In this document: in pieces, positions 29,583-43,545 of the stretch | How positions within the stretch are numbered: position 1 is the stretch's first letter | Layout: each line of letters opens with the position of its first letter | Position numbers and translations under genes: made by a program | DNA from: Planctomycetota bacterium | GTDB lineage: Bacteria > Planctomycetota > Brocadiia > SM23-32 | Direction: 5' to 3' | NCBI GenBank assembly: GCA_021161675.1 | Contig: JAGHAF010000077.1 | Span: 7,404-71,403, forward strand | DNA: 64,000 nucleotides | Notes under the pieces: model-generated | Seen by the model: only the letters and a program-made list of their open reading frames with translations | What the model was told of the DNA's origin: nothing | The model's database searches: none

Positions 29583-30101
29583 GTGAACCTTACGGAAGTC
29601 GAGTACACACGCAACCTGGATGCCACGCTGCGGCAGATGGCCGAGACCGGCCTCCTGCTCTCCAGCATGGCGCCCGAACAGCCCCCGAAGCCCAACGTCA
29701 TGACCATCGGCTGGGGGAACGTGGGCATACTGTGGGGCAGACCGGTCTTCACCGTCTACGTGCGCCCCTCCCGCTTCACCTTCGGCTGCATCGAGGCCAG
29801 CGATGAGTTTGTGGTCAGCGTGCCCACCGAACAGATGAGGGACGTCTGCATGGAGGCCGGCAGCCTCTCGGGCCGCGACGTGGACAAGTTCGCGCGCCTC
29901 GGACTGACGGCCCTGGAGGCGGCAAAGGTCGGCGCCCCGCTCATCGCCGAATGCGTCCGCCATTACGAATGCCGCGTCATTCACTGCAACGACGTGGTTG
30001 ACGCCGAAATAGACCCCGCCGCAAGGGCGGACTTCTACCCGGAGGGCAACCTGCACCGGATCTACTACGGCCAGATACTGCGCGTTACGGAGAAAGAATG
30101 A
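29583..30101 (+). CDS. flavin reductase-like (FMN-binding split barrel) protein
   Basis: NVMTIGWGNVGILWGRPVFTVYVRPSRFTFGCIEASDEFVVSVP is typical of the flavin reductase-like domain. Confidence 0.7.
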   Translation: MNLTEVEYTRNLDATLRQMAETGLLLSSMAPEQPPKPNVMTIGWGNVGILWGRPVFTVYVRPSRFTFGCIEASDEFVVSVPTEQMRDVCMEAGSLSGRDVDKFARLGLTALEAAKVGAPLIAECVRHYECRVIHCNDVVDAEIDPAARADFYPEGNLHRIYYGQILRVTEKE

Positions 30102-30192
30102 AAGGATGTGGCGCGAGGCGCGGCCCCGCGCGCAGACGCGCAAAGTCCGCCCGCCCCCGGCGGGAACACGAACGGCTGAAAGACCAGGACAG

Positions 30193-32463
30193 ATGAAATA
30201 CAAGCCAACGATAATCCTTCTGCTTGTGGTCGCCGTGCTGGGCGCCATCGCCTATTCCCTCTCAAAGCAGCCCACTTCCGAGGAACTGCGCAAGAAACGC
30301 GCCCGCCTCCTGCCCGAACTGGCGGAAGGCCCGGTGGACAGGATAGTCCTCGCCGACGGCCGGCAAAGAATCGTCTGCCTGCGCGCCGCGGACGACTCCT
30401 GGCGCATAGACAGCCCAATCAAGACACGAGCCGACAATTGGGAAGTCCAGGAGATAGTCCGCCAGTTCGAGACCGTTCAGTCCTCTTTTTCCGTCTTCCC
30501 GCGGAAAGGCCTGAAACTCGACCTGGCGCGCTACGGTCTGGACGATCCGGCCCGCCGCATTACGTTCCACGCACAGGATACGGACAAACAATGGACCGTC
30601 CTGTTGGGAGGGCCGTCCGGGGCGGGCGATTCCGTCTACGTGGCCCTGGAGGGGCAGGAAGGCGTTTTCGCAATCCCCAAAGGCGTCGTCAGCCGGGCCG
30701 AGGTCACGGTTCCCGAGCTGCGGAGCAAGCGCATTGCGCCCCGCATCAGCGGGGACCAGTTGAGACGCCTGTCGGTGGAGGCCGCCGAGTTCGAAGGCGA
30801 TGCCGCCTTTCAGGTGGAAGCCCAGGAGGTGGGCGCCGCCTGGGAGATTACAAGGCCGTTCCGCGACCTGGCCGACCGGGACCAGATAGAAAACCTGGCC
30901 GCCGAACTTTACAATCACAGGCTCTCCGAGGACGACTTCGTCAGCGACGACCCCGCACAGGCCCCCGACTACGGGCTGGAGAGCCCGGCGCTGACTCTCT
31001 CCATCCAGGGCGATGGGGAGAGCCAGACCATCCTCTGTGGCGTGAAGGGCGCGGGCGAGAGCGCCGCCTTTTTCGCCATGGAAAAGGGCGAGGGGGCGAT
31101 CGTCAGGATTTCCCGCTCGCTCTTCGAGTCTTTGCGCAAGGGCCCGGGCGATCTGCGTATGAGAAGTCTGGTGGCAGCCCCCGCCACGGACGTAAAACAG
31201 CTACAGTTGAAACGTCCCGAGGGCGACGTCGTAGTGAGCGAGGAGGGCGGCGCCTGGCACATCCAGGGCGCCCCGCGCGCCGACGCAGACCCCTCCCTCA
31301 TGGACCAAATACTGAGCGACCTGGCCTCCGCCGAGATCAAATCCTTCGTGGACGATCGGCCGGCAGACCTGGCGCCCTACGGGCTGGACGATAAAACTCG
31401 CATCCTCCTGAGCCTGGAAGGCAAAGACGGGAAGACACTCGCCGCGATCGCCTTTGGCCGTGCGGCAGGCGACGGCGCCGTCTACGCGCAGCGCGTGGGT
31501 TACCCACCGGTGCTGCGCGTTCCGCAAAAGCGCTACTACGAGCCCTTCAACCGCGGGCGGATCGCTTTTCTGGACCGGCAGGCGCTCGACGAGAGGCCGG
31601 AGGCCGCAGTGCGGCTGCGCCTGCGCCGCGGCGGCGAAGAGATCGCCTGTGCCCGCAAAGAGAAGGGGCCGGGCTGGCGCCTCACCGAACCGGCCGGGGG
31701 CCCGGCCGACGAGGAGGCGGCCAATCGCATCGTTGACGCCTTCAGCCTGCTGAGGGTCGCCGCCTACGCTGCCCTCAAAGCCGACAGCCCTGCCCGTTAC
31801 GGGCTGGCCCACCCGTACGCCTCTCTCGAAGTCGCCTATCGCACCGGGGGGGAAGACGCCCCCGAGCGAGTGCGCACGCTCTCGATCGGCCGGGCCACTT
31901 CCGAGCCCGCCGAAGGGCGCTACGCCACTCTCGACGGCGATAATCGGGTCTTCGTCCTGAGCGACGCGAAGGTGGAGACGCTCCTTCGGAACCCGGCGGA
32001 CAAGACCGTGTGCAAGGCCGAGGACGTCACCGCACTCGCCTTCCGGCGCCGAGGAGAAGAAACGGCGCGTTTCCACCTCAACGCGGACAATGGAACATGG
32101 CTGAGCGGCGATGGCGCGCCTGCCCCGGAAGCGACGGGCAAGGCGCTGGATGGGATTCGCTCCCTGCTGGAGAACTTCCAGGCCGCCGGCGTGGCCGCAT
32201 ACGATGCGAAGAGGCCGGACCGCTACGGCTTCGACGACCCATTCCTCGTGGTAGAGATAGAAACGCGGACAGTGTTGGGCAAGAAGATCGTCGTCGGGGG
32301 GAAGTGCGAGGGAGGACGCTTCGTTGACGGCCCCGCCACTGACTACATCCTGATAATCACCCCGGAGCAGGCGCAAGACCTCGCCGCCCCCCTGCCCCCG
32401 GCGCAGAAAGGAGAAAAGCTCCGTAAGCGTCCAGGCGCCCGGCCTAAAAGAGCCGCCCGATGA
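30193..32463 (+). CDS. large N-terminally membrane-anchored repeat protein (DUF4340-like)
   Basis: 757 aa from the ATG at 30193; one N-terminal TM (TIILLLVVAVLGAIAY), then repeated modules with recurring ... APYGLD / RYGLD ... motifs. Confidence 0.35.
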   Translation: MKYKPTIILLLVVAVLGAIAYSLSKQPTSEELRKKRARLLPELAEGPVDRIVLADGRQRIVCLRAADDSWRIDSPIKTRADNWEVQEIVRQFETVQSSFSVFPRKGLKLDLARYGLDDPARRITFHAQDTDKQWTVLLGGPSGAGDSVYVALEGQEGVFAIPKGVVSRAEVTVPELRSKRIAPRISGDQLRRLSVEAAEFEGDAAFQVEAQEVGAAWEITRPFRDLADRDQIENLAAELYNHRLSEDDFVSDDPAQAPDYGLESPALTLSIQGDGESQTILCGVKGAGESAAFFAMEKGEGAIVRISRSLFESLRKGPGDLRMRSLVAAPATDVKQLQLKRPEGDVVVSEEGGAWHIQGAPRADADPSLMDQILSDLASAEIKSFVDDRPADLAPYGLDDKTRILLSLEGKDGKTLAAIAFGRAAGDGAVYAQRVGYPPVLRVPQKRYYEPFNRGRIAFLDRQALDERPEAAVRLRLRRGGEEIACARKEKGPGWRLTEPAGGPADEEAANRIVDAFSLLRVAAYAALKADSPARYGLAHPYASLEVAYRTGGEDAPERVRTLSIGRATSEPAEGRYATLDGDNRVFVLSDAKVETLLRNPADKTVCKAEDVTALAFRRRGEETARFHLNADNGTWLSGDGAPAPEATGKALDGIRSLLENFQAAGVAAYDAKRPDRYGFDDPFLVVEIETRTVLGKKIVVGGKCEGGRFVDGPATDYILIITPEQAQDLAAPLPPAQKGEKLRKRPGARPKRAAR

Positions 32464-32983
32464 TCCGGGCCGCTTCGAGGAGGTCCGCGACAACGAAGTC
32501 CGGACCCAGGTCCGACCTGTTCGCTTCTTCCGAACCGTAGCCTGTCTTCACCAGAAAAGTAGTCGCCCGAATGCGCCGGCCCATCTGAATGTCGCAGGCC
32601 TTGTCCCCGATGACAAAGGCGTCGGCCGGCTCAAAGCCGAGCTCTTCTGCCGCTCGCATTACGAGGCCCGTTCTGGGTTTGCGGCAATCGCAGCCGTCTT
32701 CAGGGGTGTGGGGGCAGAAATAGATGCCGTCCAGGGCGACGCCTGCCCGCGACAGAAGCTGGCGGAGCCGCTGATGTATCTGGTCCAGGCGTTCGACGTC
32801 GAAGAGCCCCCGTCCTATGCCCGACTGGTTCGTGACCAGCACAAGTCCCAGGCCCATCTCGCTCATTTCGCGCAGGCCGCGGGAGGCATTCGGCAACAGC
32901 TCGACCTTGTCCGGCTCCGACAGGTAATGGCCTTCTTTCGTGATCGTCCCGTCGCGATCGAGCAGCGCGAACCGCCGGCCCAT
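32444..32983 (-). CDS. gmhB: D-glycero-D-manno-heptose 1,7-bisphosphate phosphatase-like HAD hydrolase
   Basis: LDRDGTI HAD motif I and the Zn-binding CPHTPEDGCDCRKP motif characteristic of GmhB / HisB-N. Confidence 0.8.
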   Translation of the reverse strand: MGRRFALLDRDGTITKEGHYLSEPDKVELLPNASRGLREMSEMGLGLVLVTNQSGIGRGLFDVERLDQIHQRLRQLLSRAGVALDGIYFCPHTPEDGCDCRKPRTGLVMRAAEELGFEPADAFVIGDKACDIQMGRRIRATTFLVKTGYGSEEANRSDLGPDFVVADLLEAARIIGRLF

Positions 32984-32985
32984 CC

Positions 32986-34431
32986 TCAGCTCCTTCCAAC
33001 TCGATGCCCGCCGGACACAACCCTGGCGCTCGCTGATTCGTCATACCCGGCCCAGCAGCAGGCGCAGAGTTCGAAATCAGGCAGGCCGATCGCTTCCATC
33101 ATCTCCTCCAGCGTGAGATAGGTCAAACTGGTGCAGCCCAGATACTTACGGATCCACTCGACCATGCGCCCGTGCTTCTCGCTGCTCGCATCCAGGTATT
33201 CGGAGATATCTTCAGGCGCGCCGTCTTCCAGCGCGGCGATGGCCCTGCGGGCGGCCAGCTCCTCCGTGGAGCGGGTGGACAGGTTGTATCGGCAGGGGAA
33301 CATCAGCGGCGGACAGGCCACCCGGATGTGCACCTCTTCGGCGCCCGCGTCCCAGAGCTTCTGGATGGTCAGATTCTTCAGCTGCGTGCCGCGCACAATG
33401 GAGTCTTCGCACACGATGAGGCGGCTGCCCCGGCAGATGTCCTCGATGGGCATGAGCTTCATCTTTGCGATCTGATCGCGCACCTCCTGCGAGGGCGGAG
33501 TGTAGCTTCTTCCGTAGCCGGCGGAGTATTTGACGAGCGGACGGCGGAAGGGAAGTCCGCTTTCCATGGCGTAGCCGATGGCATGTCCCGTGCCGCTGTC
33601 CGGCACGCCGCAGACCAGGTCAGCCTCCACAGAATCCTTGCGGGCCAGGGCCTGCCCGCACCGCTCCCTGACCTGCTCCGCCGAGACGCCCTCGTAGCTG
33701 GACGCGGGATAGCCGGTGTAGATCCAGAGGAAGGAGCATATGCTCTTGCCGGCGTCCCGTCCGCCGACAAGGTCCCGCACGCCTCCGCTGTCGAAGAAAA
33801 CCATCTCCCCCGCCTGGAGCTGTTTCTCGACCTCGATCCCCAGGTTGGGGAAGGCGCAGGTCTCACTGGCCGCCGCCACCACGCCATCCTTGGTCCCCAG
33901 CGCGAGGGGAAATCTGCTGTGGTGGTCACAGGCGGCGTAGATGCCCTCTTCCGTCATGAGCAGCAGGGAGATCGAGCCCTCAATCCTGTCAAAGACATTC
34001 TCGATGCCTCTGACGATGTCCTCGGCCTGAACGATCAGATTGGCAATCAGCTCCGTCTGGTTGAGCCTGCCGTTGAGTATCTCGCTGAAGGTTACGCCCT
34101 GCGCGACAAGGCGCCGGCTCAACTCGCCCCCGTTAGTGATCAGCCCTGTGGTAACCAGTGCGAAGGCGCCGAACCGGCTCTCGACAACGATGGGTTGGGG
34201 GTCAAAATCGCTGATGACGCCCACCCCCATTTCGCCCGCATACTTGTGGGCGAACCCGTCAAAAAGATTCTTGAACTGCCCGTGGGCGATCCGATGGATT
34301 TCCCGATGGATACGGACGCCCCGGATGGCCAACCCCCCGAATTCCGTGCCCAAGTGCGAATGGTAATCCGTCCCGTAGAACAACTCTTCCATGCAATTGC
34401 CGCGCGAGGCCACTGCGAAGATACCGCTCAT
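32986..34431 (-). CDS. amidophosphoribosyltransferase family protein (PurF-like) with Ser in place of nucleophile Cys
   Basis: 481 aa; PRTase motif LIVCEDSIVRGTQ; N-terminus MSGIFAV aligns to PurF MCGIVGI; Ser codon AGC verified on the minus strand at 34426-34428. Confidence 0.7.
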   Translation of the reverse strand: MSGIFAVASRGNCMEELFYGTDYHSHLGTEFGGLAIRGVRIHREIHRIAHGQFKNLFDGFAHKYAGEMGVGVISDFDPQPIVVESRFGAFALVTTGLITNGGELSRRLVAQGVTFSEILNGRLNQTELIANLIVQAEDIVRGIENVFDRIEGSISLLLMTEEGIYAACDHHSRFPLALGTKDGVVAAASETCAFPNLGIEVEKQLQAGEMVFFDSGGVRDLVGGRDAGKSICSFLWIYTGYPASSYEGVSAEQVRERCGQALARKDSVEADLVCGVPDSGTGHAIGYAMESGLPFRRPLVKYSAGYGRSYTPPSQEVRDQIAKMKLMPIEDICRGSRLIVCEDSIVRGTQLKNLTIQKLWDAGAEEVHIRVACPPLMFPCRYNLSTRSTEELAARRAIAALEDGAPEDISEYLDASSEKHGRMVEWIRKYLGCTSLTYLTLEEMMEAIGLPDFELCACCWAGYDESASARVVSGGHRVGRS

Positions 34432-34591
34432 CTTTTTCTCCCGCTTGCGCTCGGTTCACCACCTTGCAAGCACTTATCTTAGCAGATAACGGGAACCTTT
34501 CCAATCCAGAGCCGGCGCTTTGCGCTCGCAACGCTCGACCCGGTAGAATCCCCGATGCCGATCTTTCTTGTTTTCCAGGGAGGCTCGATCC

Positions 34592-35659
34592 ATGAGCGAG
34601 ATGACTTCTCACGAGCGCTTCAGCCGCATGTACGAGCATCGCGAGGCCGATCGCGTGCCGATAATTGACGAGCCCTGGGCCGCCACGCTCGAGCGCTGGC
34701 GCCGCGAAGGCCTGCCCGAAGACACCGACTGGACCGATTTCTTCGGCGTGGACAAGACGGCGCTGATTGCCGTGGACAACAGCCCGCGTTACGAATGCAA
34801 AGTCCTGGAGGAAACGGACGACTACATCGTAGAAACAACCTGCTGGGGATTGACGGTCAAGAACTGGAAGCACGCGGCGTCCACTCCCCAGTTCCTCGAT
34901 TACACTATCCGCGATCCCGACTCCTGGCGGGAAGCGAAGGCGCGGATGACGCCCACGCGGGACAGGATCCCATGGGCGACGTTGGAGAAGAACTACGCGA
35001 CTTGGCGGGAGCGGGGCTACTGGCTCTCGGCGAGACTCTGGTTCGGCTTCGACGTGACCCATTCCTGGGCTGTGGGGACTGAACGGATGCTGATGGCGCT
35101 GATTGACAATCCGGACTGGTGCGCGGACATGTTCAACACCTACCTGGACGTGAACCTGGCGCTGCTGGAGATCCTTCTAGAAGAGGGCTACACGTTCGAT
35201 TGCGCGACCTGGCCGGACGACATGGGTTACAAGGGACACCAGTTCTTCTCGATGCAAACTTACCGCGATCTGCTCAAACCGGTGCAGCGGCGCGCCATCG
35301 AGTGGGCGCATGCGCACGGCATGAAAGCGCACCTGCATTCCTGCGGAGACGTGCGCCCGCTGGTACCGGAGCTTATCGAGATGGGCCTTGACGCGCTCAA
35401 CCCTCTGGAGGTAAAGGCCGGCATGGACACCCTCTGGCTGAAACAGACCTACGGGGACGACCTGGTGCTGCACGGCGGCATCAACGCTGTCCTGTGGGAC
35501 AAGCCGGAGGCCATCCAGGCGGAAATCCTGCAGAAGACGCCCGCGCTGAAGAAGGGCGGCGGGTACATTTTCTCTTCGGATCACTCCGTGCCCTCAAGCG
35601 TGAGCCTCGAGCAATTCCGCAGCATCGTGAACCTTGCCAAATCCGCAGGAAGCTATTGA
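34592..35659 (+). CDS. uroporphyrinogen decarboxylase (URO-D) family protein
   Basis: 355 aa from the ATG at 34592 (GGGAGG RBS); N-terminal ERF ... READRVPI and the overall URO-D / MtaA-like pattern. Confidence 0.55.
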   Translation: MSEMTSHERFSRMYEHREADRVPIIDEPWAATLERWRREGLPEDTDWTDFFGVDKTALIAVDNSPRYECKVLEETDDYIVETTCWGLTVKNWKHAASTPQFLDYTIRDPDSWREAKARMTPTRDRIPWATLEKNYATWRERGYWLSARLWFGFDVTHSWAVGTERMLMALIDNPDWCADMFNTYLDVNLALLEILLEEGYTFDCATWPDDMGYKGHQFFSMQTYRDLLKPVQRRAIEWAHAHGMKAHLHSCGDVRPLVPELIEMGLDALNPLEVKAGMDTLWLKQTYGDDLVLHGGINAVLWDKPEAIQAEILQKTPALKKGGGYIFSSDHSVPSSVSLEQFRSIVNLAKSAGSY

Positions 35660-35817
35660 CGGACGGCTGCGCGAGCGCTTGAGCCGCTGCGCCTGCCCCT
35701 TGTTCAACAAAGCCCCCCCGGCGCAAAAAACTCTGTTGCGACGGCCCAATGCATCGGTATAATTCTTATATTATAAGGGACGATGTGTGTCGGCGCACAT
35801 AAGGGAAGGGGAGGGAG

Positions 35818-36162
35818 ATGCTGATAGAGCATTTCCAGTCGGGGCGCATCATCGTTGACGGCAGGGCCTACACCAGTGACGTCATTCTGTGGCCGGAAGG
35901 CGTGGACGACTCCTGGTGGCGCGTGGAAAACCATCAGGTCTGCCCGGAAGACCTGGAGCCGATCCTCAACAAGAACCCGGACGTGGTCATCCTGGGCGCC
36001 GGTTCGTCCGGCGCGATGACGGTTGCGGAGGAAGCCCTGAGCCGCTTGCGGGAGTTCTGTGCGCAGGTGCACGTCGAAAAGACCGAATCGGCGTGCGCTC
36101 TCTACAACGAACTGGCGGGCGGGCCGGACAGAGTGGTGGCAGCGCTCCACCTGTCCTGCTGA
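35818..36162 (+). CDS. Mth938-like domain protein
   Basis: 114 aa; YTSDVILWPEG ... WWR ... H ... EDLEPIL ... PDVVILGAGSSG ... YNELAGGPDRVVAALHLSC matches the Mth938 family pattern. Confidence 0.65.
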   Translation: MLIEHFQSGRIIVDGRAYTSDVILWPEGVDDSWWRVENHQVCPEDLEPILNKNPDVVILGAGSSGAMTVAEEALSRLREFCAQVHVEKTESACALYNELAGGPDRVVAALHLSC

Positions 36163-36169
36163 GTCGGTT

Positions 36170-37069
36170 TCAGGCCGCCGGTATCGAGCCGGTAATCTGG
36201 CGGCACGCCTGCAAATACTTCTCGGTGGTCCTGCGGACGACGTCAACCGGCAGTTGCGGCGCCGGCGGCCGGTGGTCCCAGCCCGATTCGTCCAGCCAGT
36301 CGCGCACGAACTGTTTGTCGAAGGAGGGCTGCGCGCCTCCCGGCCGGTAGGTCTCGGCGGGCCAGAAGCGGGACGAGTCCGGCGTCAGGACTTCGTCTAT
36401 CAGCGTCAGCTCGCCCTCGACGAGTCCCCACTCGAATTTCGTGTCGCTGATGATAACCCCCCGCCCCGCCGCATATGAGGCGGCCCTCTCGTAGAGCGCT
36501 GCGGAGCGGCGCCGCACCTCCCGCGCCAGCTGCGCGCCGATGAGCTCCTCCATCGCGTCAAAAGAGATATTCTCGTCGTGTCCGCTCTGCGCCTTGGTGG
36601 CCGGGGTGAAAATCGGCTCGGCAAGCTTCTCGCACTCCCGCAGGCCGTCCGGCAACGCGATGCCGCAGATGGCGCCCTCCCGCTGATAATCGCGCCATGC
36701 GGAGCCGGCCAGATATCCGCGCACCACGCACTCGACGGGCAGCACGTCGGCCCGCGCCACCAGCATGGCGCGCCCGCGCAGGAGCGCCCTGTGGGGCGCC
36801 ACCCGGGGGCCCATTTCCCCGACGTCGGTGGTGATCAAATGATTGCGCGTAATGTCCGACAGGCGCCCGAGCCAGAACTCGGTCAGGTGGGTCAGCGCCT
36901 TGCCCTTCCAGGGGATCGCGGTGGGCAGCACGGAATCGTAGGCGCTGATGCGGTCGGTGGTTACGATAAGGAGGCGCGAGCCCAGCGCGTACATATCTCG
37001 CACCTTTCCCCGGTTGACCAGCTCAAGCCCTTCGAGCTGGGTTTTCACTACCGGCTCAGGCTGGCTCAT
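36170..37069 (-). CDS. purC: phosphoribosylaminoimidazole-succinocarboxamide synthase
   Basis: [29 protein letters not shown] is the SAICAR synthetase signature. Confidence 0.9.
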   Translation of the reverse strand: MSQPEPVVKTQLEGLELVNRGKVRDMYALGSRLLIVTTDRISAYDSVLPTAIPWKGKALTHLTEFWLGRLSDITRNHLITTDVGEMGPRVAPHRALLRGRAMLVARADVLPVECVVRGYLAGSAWRDYQREGAICGIALPDGLRECEKLAEPIFTPATKAQSGHDENISFDAMEELIGAQLAREVRRRSAALYERAASYAAGRGVIISDTKFEWGLVEGELTLIDEVLTPDSSRFWPAETYRPGGAQPSFDKQFVRDWLDESGWDHRPPAPQLPVDVVRRTTEKYLQACRQITGSIPAA

Positions 37070-39537
37070 GTTTCCGCTCCTTCGGCGTCATCCACCCCCG
37101 CGGGATATTCTTCATTCTGTGGCCCGACGGCGACGACTCCGCTGACAACGTCCCCTTCATTAGTGCTGACGATGCGCACGCCCTGCGTCCTGCGCCCGAT
37201 GCAACGGATGGCGCTCACGGGGGTGCGGACAGTCTTACCCTTCTCAGTTACCACGATGAGTTCCTGATCGTCGCTCACCTCGCGCATGGCGACCACGAGG
37301 CCGTTGCGCTCGGTGGTCCTGATGTCCAGCCGCCCGCGGCCCCCCCGTCTCTGGCGGGGGTATTCCTTCAGTTCGGTCCGCTTGCCGTATCCTTTCTCGC
37401 AGAGGGTCAGCAGTCTGGCGCCCTCCCGGACCAGGGCCATGTCCACCACCTCGTCCCCGCGATCGAGGCGGATGCCGCGCACGCCGCCGGCCCCCCGCCC
37501 CATTGTGCGCACGTCTTTCTCATGGAAGCGGATGGCGTAGCCTCTGCGCGTGCCAAGCATCACCTCGTCGTCTCCAGTGGTCTTGCGCACTCCGATCAGC
37601 CGGTCGCCCGGGGCCAGGTCGAGAGCGATAATACCCCCGCTGCCCCGCTTGCCGAAGGCGTCCAGCCGGGTCTTCTTTACCTTTCCCCGGCGGGTGGCCA
37701 TCAGCAGGTAGCCCTCCTGCTCGAACTCGGAGACCGGGATGACGCCGGTGATGGTTTCGTCCTCCCCGAGCTGGAGCACGTTGACCAGGGCCCGCCCTCG
37801 GGCGGTGCGCTGCATCTCGGGGACCATGAATACCTTCAGCCAGTACACCAGACCCCGGTCGGTGAAGAACAACATATAATCGTGCGTGGATGCCAGGAAG
37901 ATGTGGTTGACGACATCCTGATCCATCAGGTCGGCGCCGATAACGCCCTTGCCGCCGCGCGCCTGCGCGCGGAAGGAATCCGGCGTAAGGCGCTTGACAT
38001 ATCCCCGGTCACTGATGGTCACGAGCACTCTCTCCTCGGGGATGAGGTCTTCTCGCTCCAGGATCGCGGCGTCCTCCGAGATACTGGTTCGTCGCTCATC
38101 GCCGTACTTGTTCCGCACGTCCAGCAAGTCTTCGCGAATAATGGCTTCGACTTTGCCGCGGTCGGCCAGAATCCCCTTGTATTCTGCGATCTTGAGCGTC
38201 AGATCCTCAAGTTCCTTTTCAATTCTGAGCTGTTCCAGCCCGACCAGGCTGCGCAGTCGCATGCCGACGATCGCGTCCACCTGCGGCTCCGTCAGCTCGT
38301 AGCGTCGCATCAAGCGCTCGCGGGCTTCCTGGACGTTTTCACTGCTGCGGATGATCTCGATTACGTCGTCAATGTTGATCAGGGCTATCTGGAGTCCCTC
38401 GACGATGTGCAGGCGCTCCTCGGCGCGCTCGAGCAAGTGTTCTGTGCGCCGGCGAATAACTACGACGCGGTGCTCCAGGTATAACTCGATCATCCGCTTG
38501 ATGCTCAGGGTTTCCGGGCGGCCGTCCACGATGGCGATCAGGATAATGCTGACGGTCGTCTGGAGCTGCGTGCTTCGCCAGAGCTGGTTGAGCGCCACCT
38601 CCGCGTCGGCGCCGCTTTTCATCTCTATGACGATTCGCGTGCCCGACTTATCGCTCTCATTGCGCACGTCCTGCACGTCCTGGACCCGGCCGGCCTGGAC
38701 GGCGGCGGCGATCCCTTCCATCAGGGCGTCGCGATTCGAGCGGTAGGGCGCCTCGGTGACCACGATATTGCGCCGCCCGTCGCGTAGCTCCTCGAACCTG
38801 GTTCGCGCCCGCAGGATAACTGTCCCGCGCCCGGTGGCGTAGCCGTCGTATATCCCCTGCCTGCCGCATAGGATGCCTCCCGTGGGGAAATCGGGCCCCG
38901 GCACTATCCTCATCAGTTCCCGTATCGAAATCTCCGGGTTGTCCATTACGGCTATGGCGGCGTCGCAGATTTCCCGCAGGTTATGCGGCGGGATGCTGGT
39001 GGACATTCCGACGGCGATGCCGGTGGCCCCGTTCACCAGCAGGTTCGGCAGGCGGGCGGGCAGAACGACGGGCTCCTGGCGCGTGCCGTCGTAGTTCTCC
39101 GCGAGGGTGACCGTGTCCAGCTCGAGGTCGCGCAGCATCTCCATGCCGCTCGCGGTGAGGCGGGCCTCGGTGTAGCGCTGGGCGGCGGGCGGGTCCCCGT
39201 CCATGGAGCCGAAGTTGCCCTGGCTGTCAACGTGCGGGTAGCGGGTGCTGAAAGGCTGGGCCATGCGCACCAGGGCGTCATAGATAGCCCCTTCGCCGTG
39301 GGGGTGGTAATTGCCGTGCACGTCCCCGACGATCTTGCCGCACTTGCGCGTCTGGGCGCGGGGGCCCAGGTTCAGTTCGTTCATGGCGACCAGGATGCGA
39401 CGCTGCACGGGCTTGAGCCCGTCCCGCACGTCGGGCAGGGCGCGGCTGACTATTACGCTCATCGCGAACGTCAGGTACGCATCCTTCATCTCGTCTTCGA
39501 TCAGTAGCTCGCTAATCTGTCCGGCTTCCTGGGCCAT
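37066..39537 (-). CDS. gyrA: DNA gyrase subunit A
   Basis: [17 protein letters not shown], the active-site Tyr region and C-terminal beta-pinwheel repeats; 823 aa. Confidence 0.95.
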   Translation of the reverse strand: MAQEAGQISELLIEDEMKDAYLTFAMSVIVSRALPDVRDGLKPVQRRILVAMNELNLGPRAQTRKCGKIVGDVHGNYHPHGEGAIYDALVRMAQPFSTRYPHVDSQGNFGSMDGDPPAAQRYTEARLTASGMEMLRDLELDTVTLAENYDGTRQEPVVLPARLPNLLVNGATGIAVGMSTSIPPHNLREICDAAIAVMDNPEISIRELMRIVPGPDFPTGGILCGRQGIYDGYATGRGTVILRARTRFEELRDGRRNIVVTEAPYRSNRDALMEGIAAAVQAGRVQDVQDVRNESDKSGTRIVIEMKSGADAEVALNQLWRSTQLQTTVSIILIAIVDGRPETLSIKRMIELYLEHRVVVIRRRTEHLLERAEERLHIVEGLQIALINIDDVIEIIRSSENVQEARERLMRRYELTEPQVDAIVGMRLRSLVGLEQLRIEKELEDLTLKIAEYKGILADRGKVEAIIREDLLDVRNKYGDERRTSISEDAAILEREDLIPEERVLVTISDRGYVKRLTPDSFRAQARGGKGVIGADLMDQDVVNHIFLASTHDYMLFFTDRGLVYWLKVFMVPEMQRTARGRALVNVLQLGEDETITGVIPVSEFEQEGYLLMATRRGKVKKTRLDAFGKRGSGGIIALDLAPGDRLIGVRKTTGDDEVMLGTRRGYAIRFHEKDVRTMGRGAGGVRGIRLDRGDEVVDMALVREGARLLTLCEKGYGKRTELKEYPRQRRGGRGRLDIRTTERNGLVVAMREVSDDQELIVVTEKGKTVRTPVSAIRCIGRRTQGVRIVSTNEGDVVSGVVAVGPQNEEYPAGVDDAEGAET

Positions 39538-39605
39538 AACGTTCCTGCTTTGCTCTCTGCTGAAGGCTCCTTCCGCTGATTTATCCTGGTGCGCGGCGGC
39601 CGCGC

Positions 39606-42432
<2,827 letters not shown>

Positions 42433-42433
<1 letters not shown>

Positions 42434-43545
42434 CAGACGCCTATCTCGTCCCGGAGAACCGGACTGACGACGTACGTATAATCCAGGCCACTCTTGAATA
42501 CGCAGGGGGATCGCCTGTCGGTGAACTTCATCTTCACCATCTCCCTTTCGACGATGGCGAGCATCTCCTCGATGTTCTCCGGATTGAACGCGATGCCCGC
42601 TCCCTCGCCCTTGTAATCCACGGGCATGTGCACCTCCGCTCGCCCAACATCGGGCGCCTCCGCCGTAATTGTCAGTGACCCATCAGTGAATTCAAAATCG
42701 ACGACGTGTGTTTCCTTCGTAGTCATATAGCCGGCGCGCCGCACGGCATTCAGTAGCTCCTTGGTCGGCAACTGCACGGATATTTCGCTCGTCGTCGGAA
42801 TGACCTCCCGGTAGTTGGGGAACTGCCCTTCCACGAGCTGGCAGACCATCCGCGCCGCGTCATTCTCCGCAACGAGCCGCCTTTCGCTCGTCGCAAAACG
42901 AATGGCCTCTGATCCGGCGTCGGCCAGCCGCGCCATCTGCTCCAGGCCTTCTCGTGGGATGATGATCTCTTGCTCGAGGCCCTCCGGATTGCTCACCTTC
43001 TTTTGCACGTGAGCAAGGCGCGCACCGTCTGCGGCCACGAGTTCTATCGCATTCTCCTTGCCCAGAACACAAAGGATTCCATGAAGCGCATAGCGCCCTT
43101 TTCCTGCGGCCGTCGCAAAGGCTGTCCGGCGCACCATGTACTTCAGCACGTCAGGGTCTATTTCGACCACTCCCTCCGCCGGGAACTGCGGCACCGAGAC
43201 GAAATCCGTCGGATCTTCCCCGAGGATGCGAAAATAGCTGTTCTCAGTTTTTATCCCAACCTTGCCATCTTCCTCTGACATACTGATAGAGCTATCCGGA
43301 GTCGCCCCGATCAGCGGCGTAATCCGCTCGTAGGGAACGAGTATGGTTCCCTCGCTCTCGATTTCCACGTCTCTAACGGCCAGTGTCAGGCCGACCTCAA
43401 GATCCGTCGCGGATAGGCGCAGCTCGTTGTCCTTGGCTTCCATCTTGACGTGTTGGTACAGGGGCTGCTGTGTGCTTGAATCCACCACTGCGCCGAGACG
43501 CTGAAGCCCATGGTACAGGGCTGCCCGATCTGCTACGAGTTTCAT
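42433..43545 (-). CDS. dnaN: DNA polymerase III beta sliding clamp
   Basis: 370 aa; MKLVADRAALYHGLQRLGAVVDSST ... three-domain clamp pattern. Confidence 0.9.
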
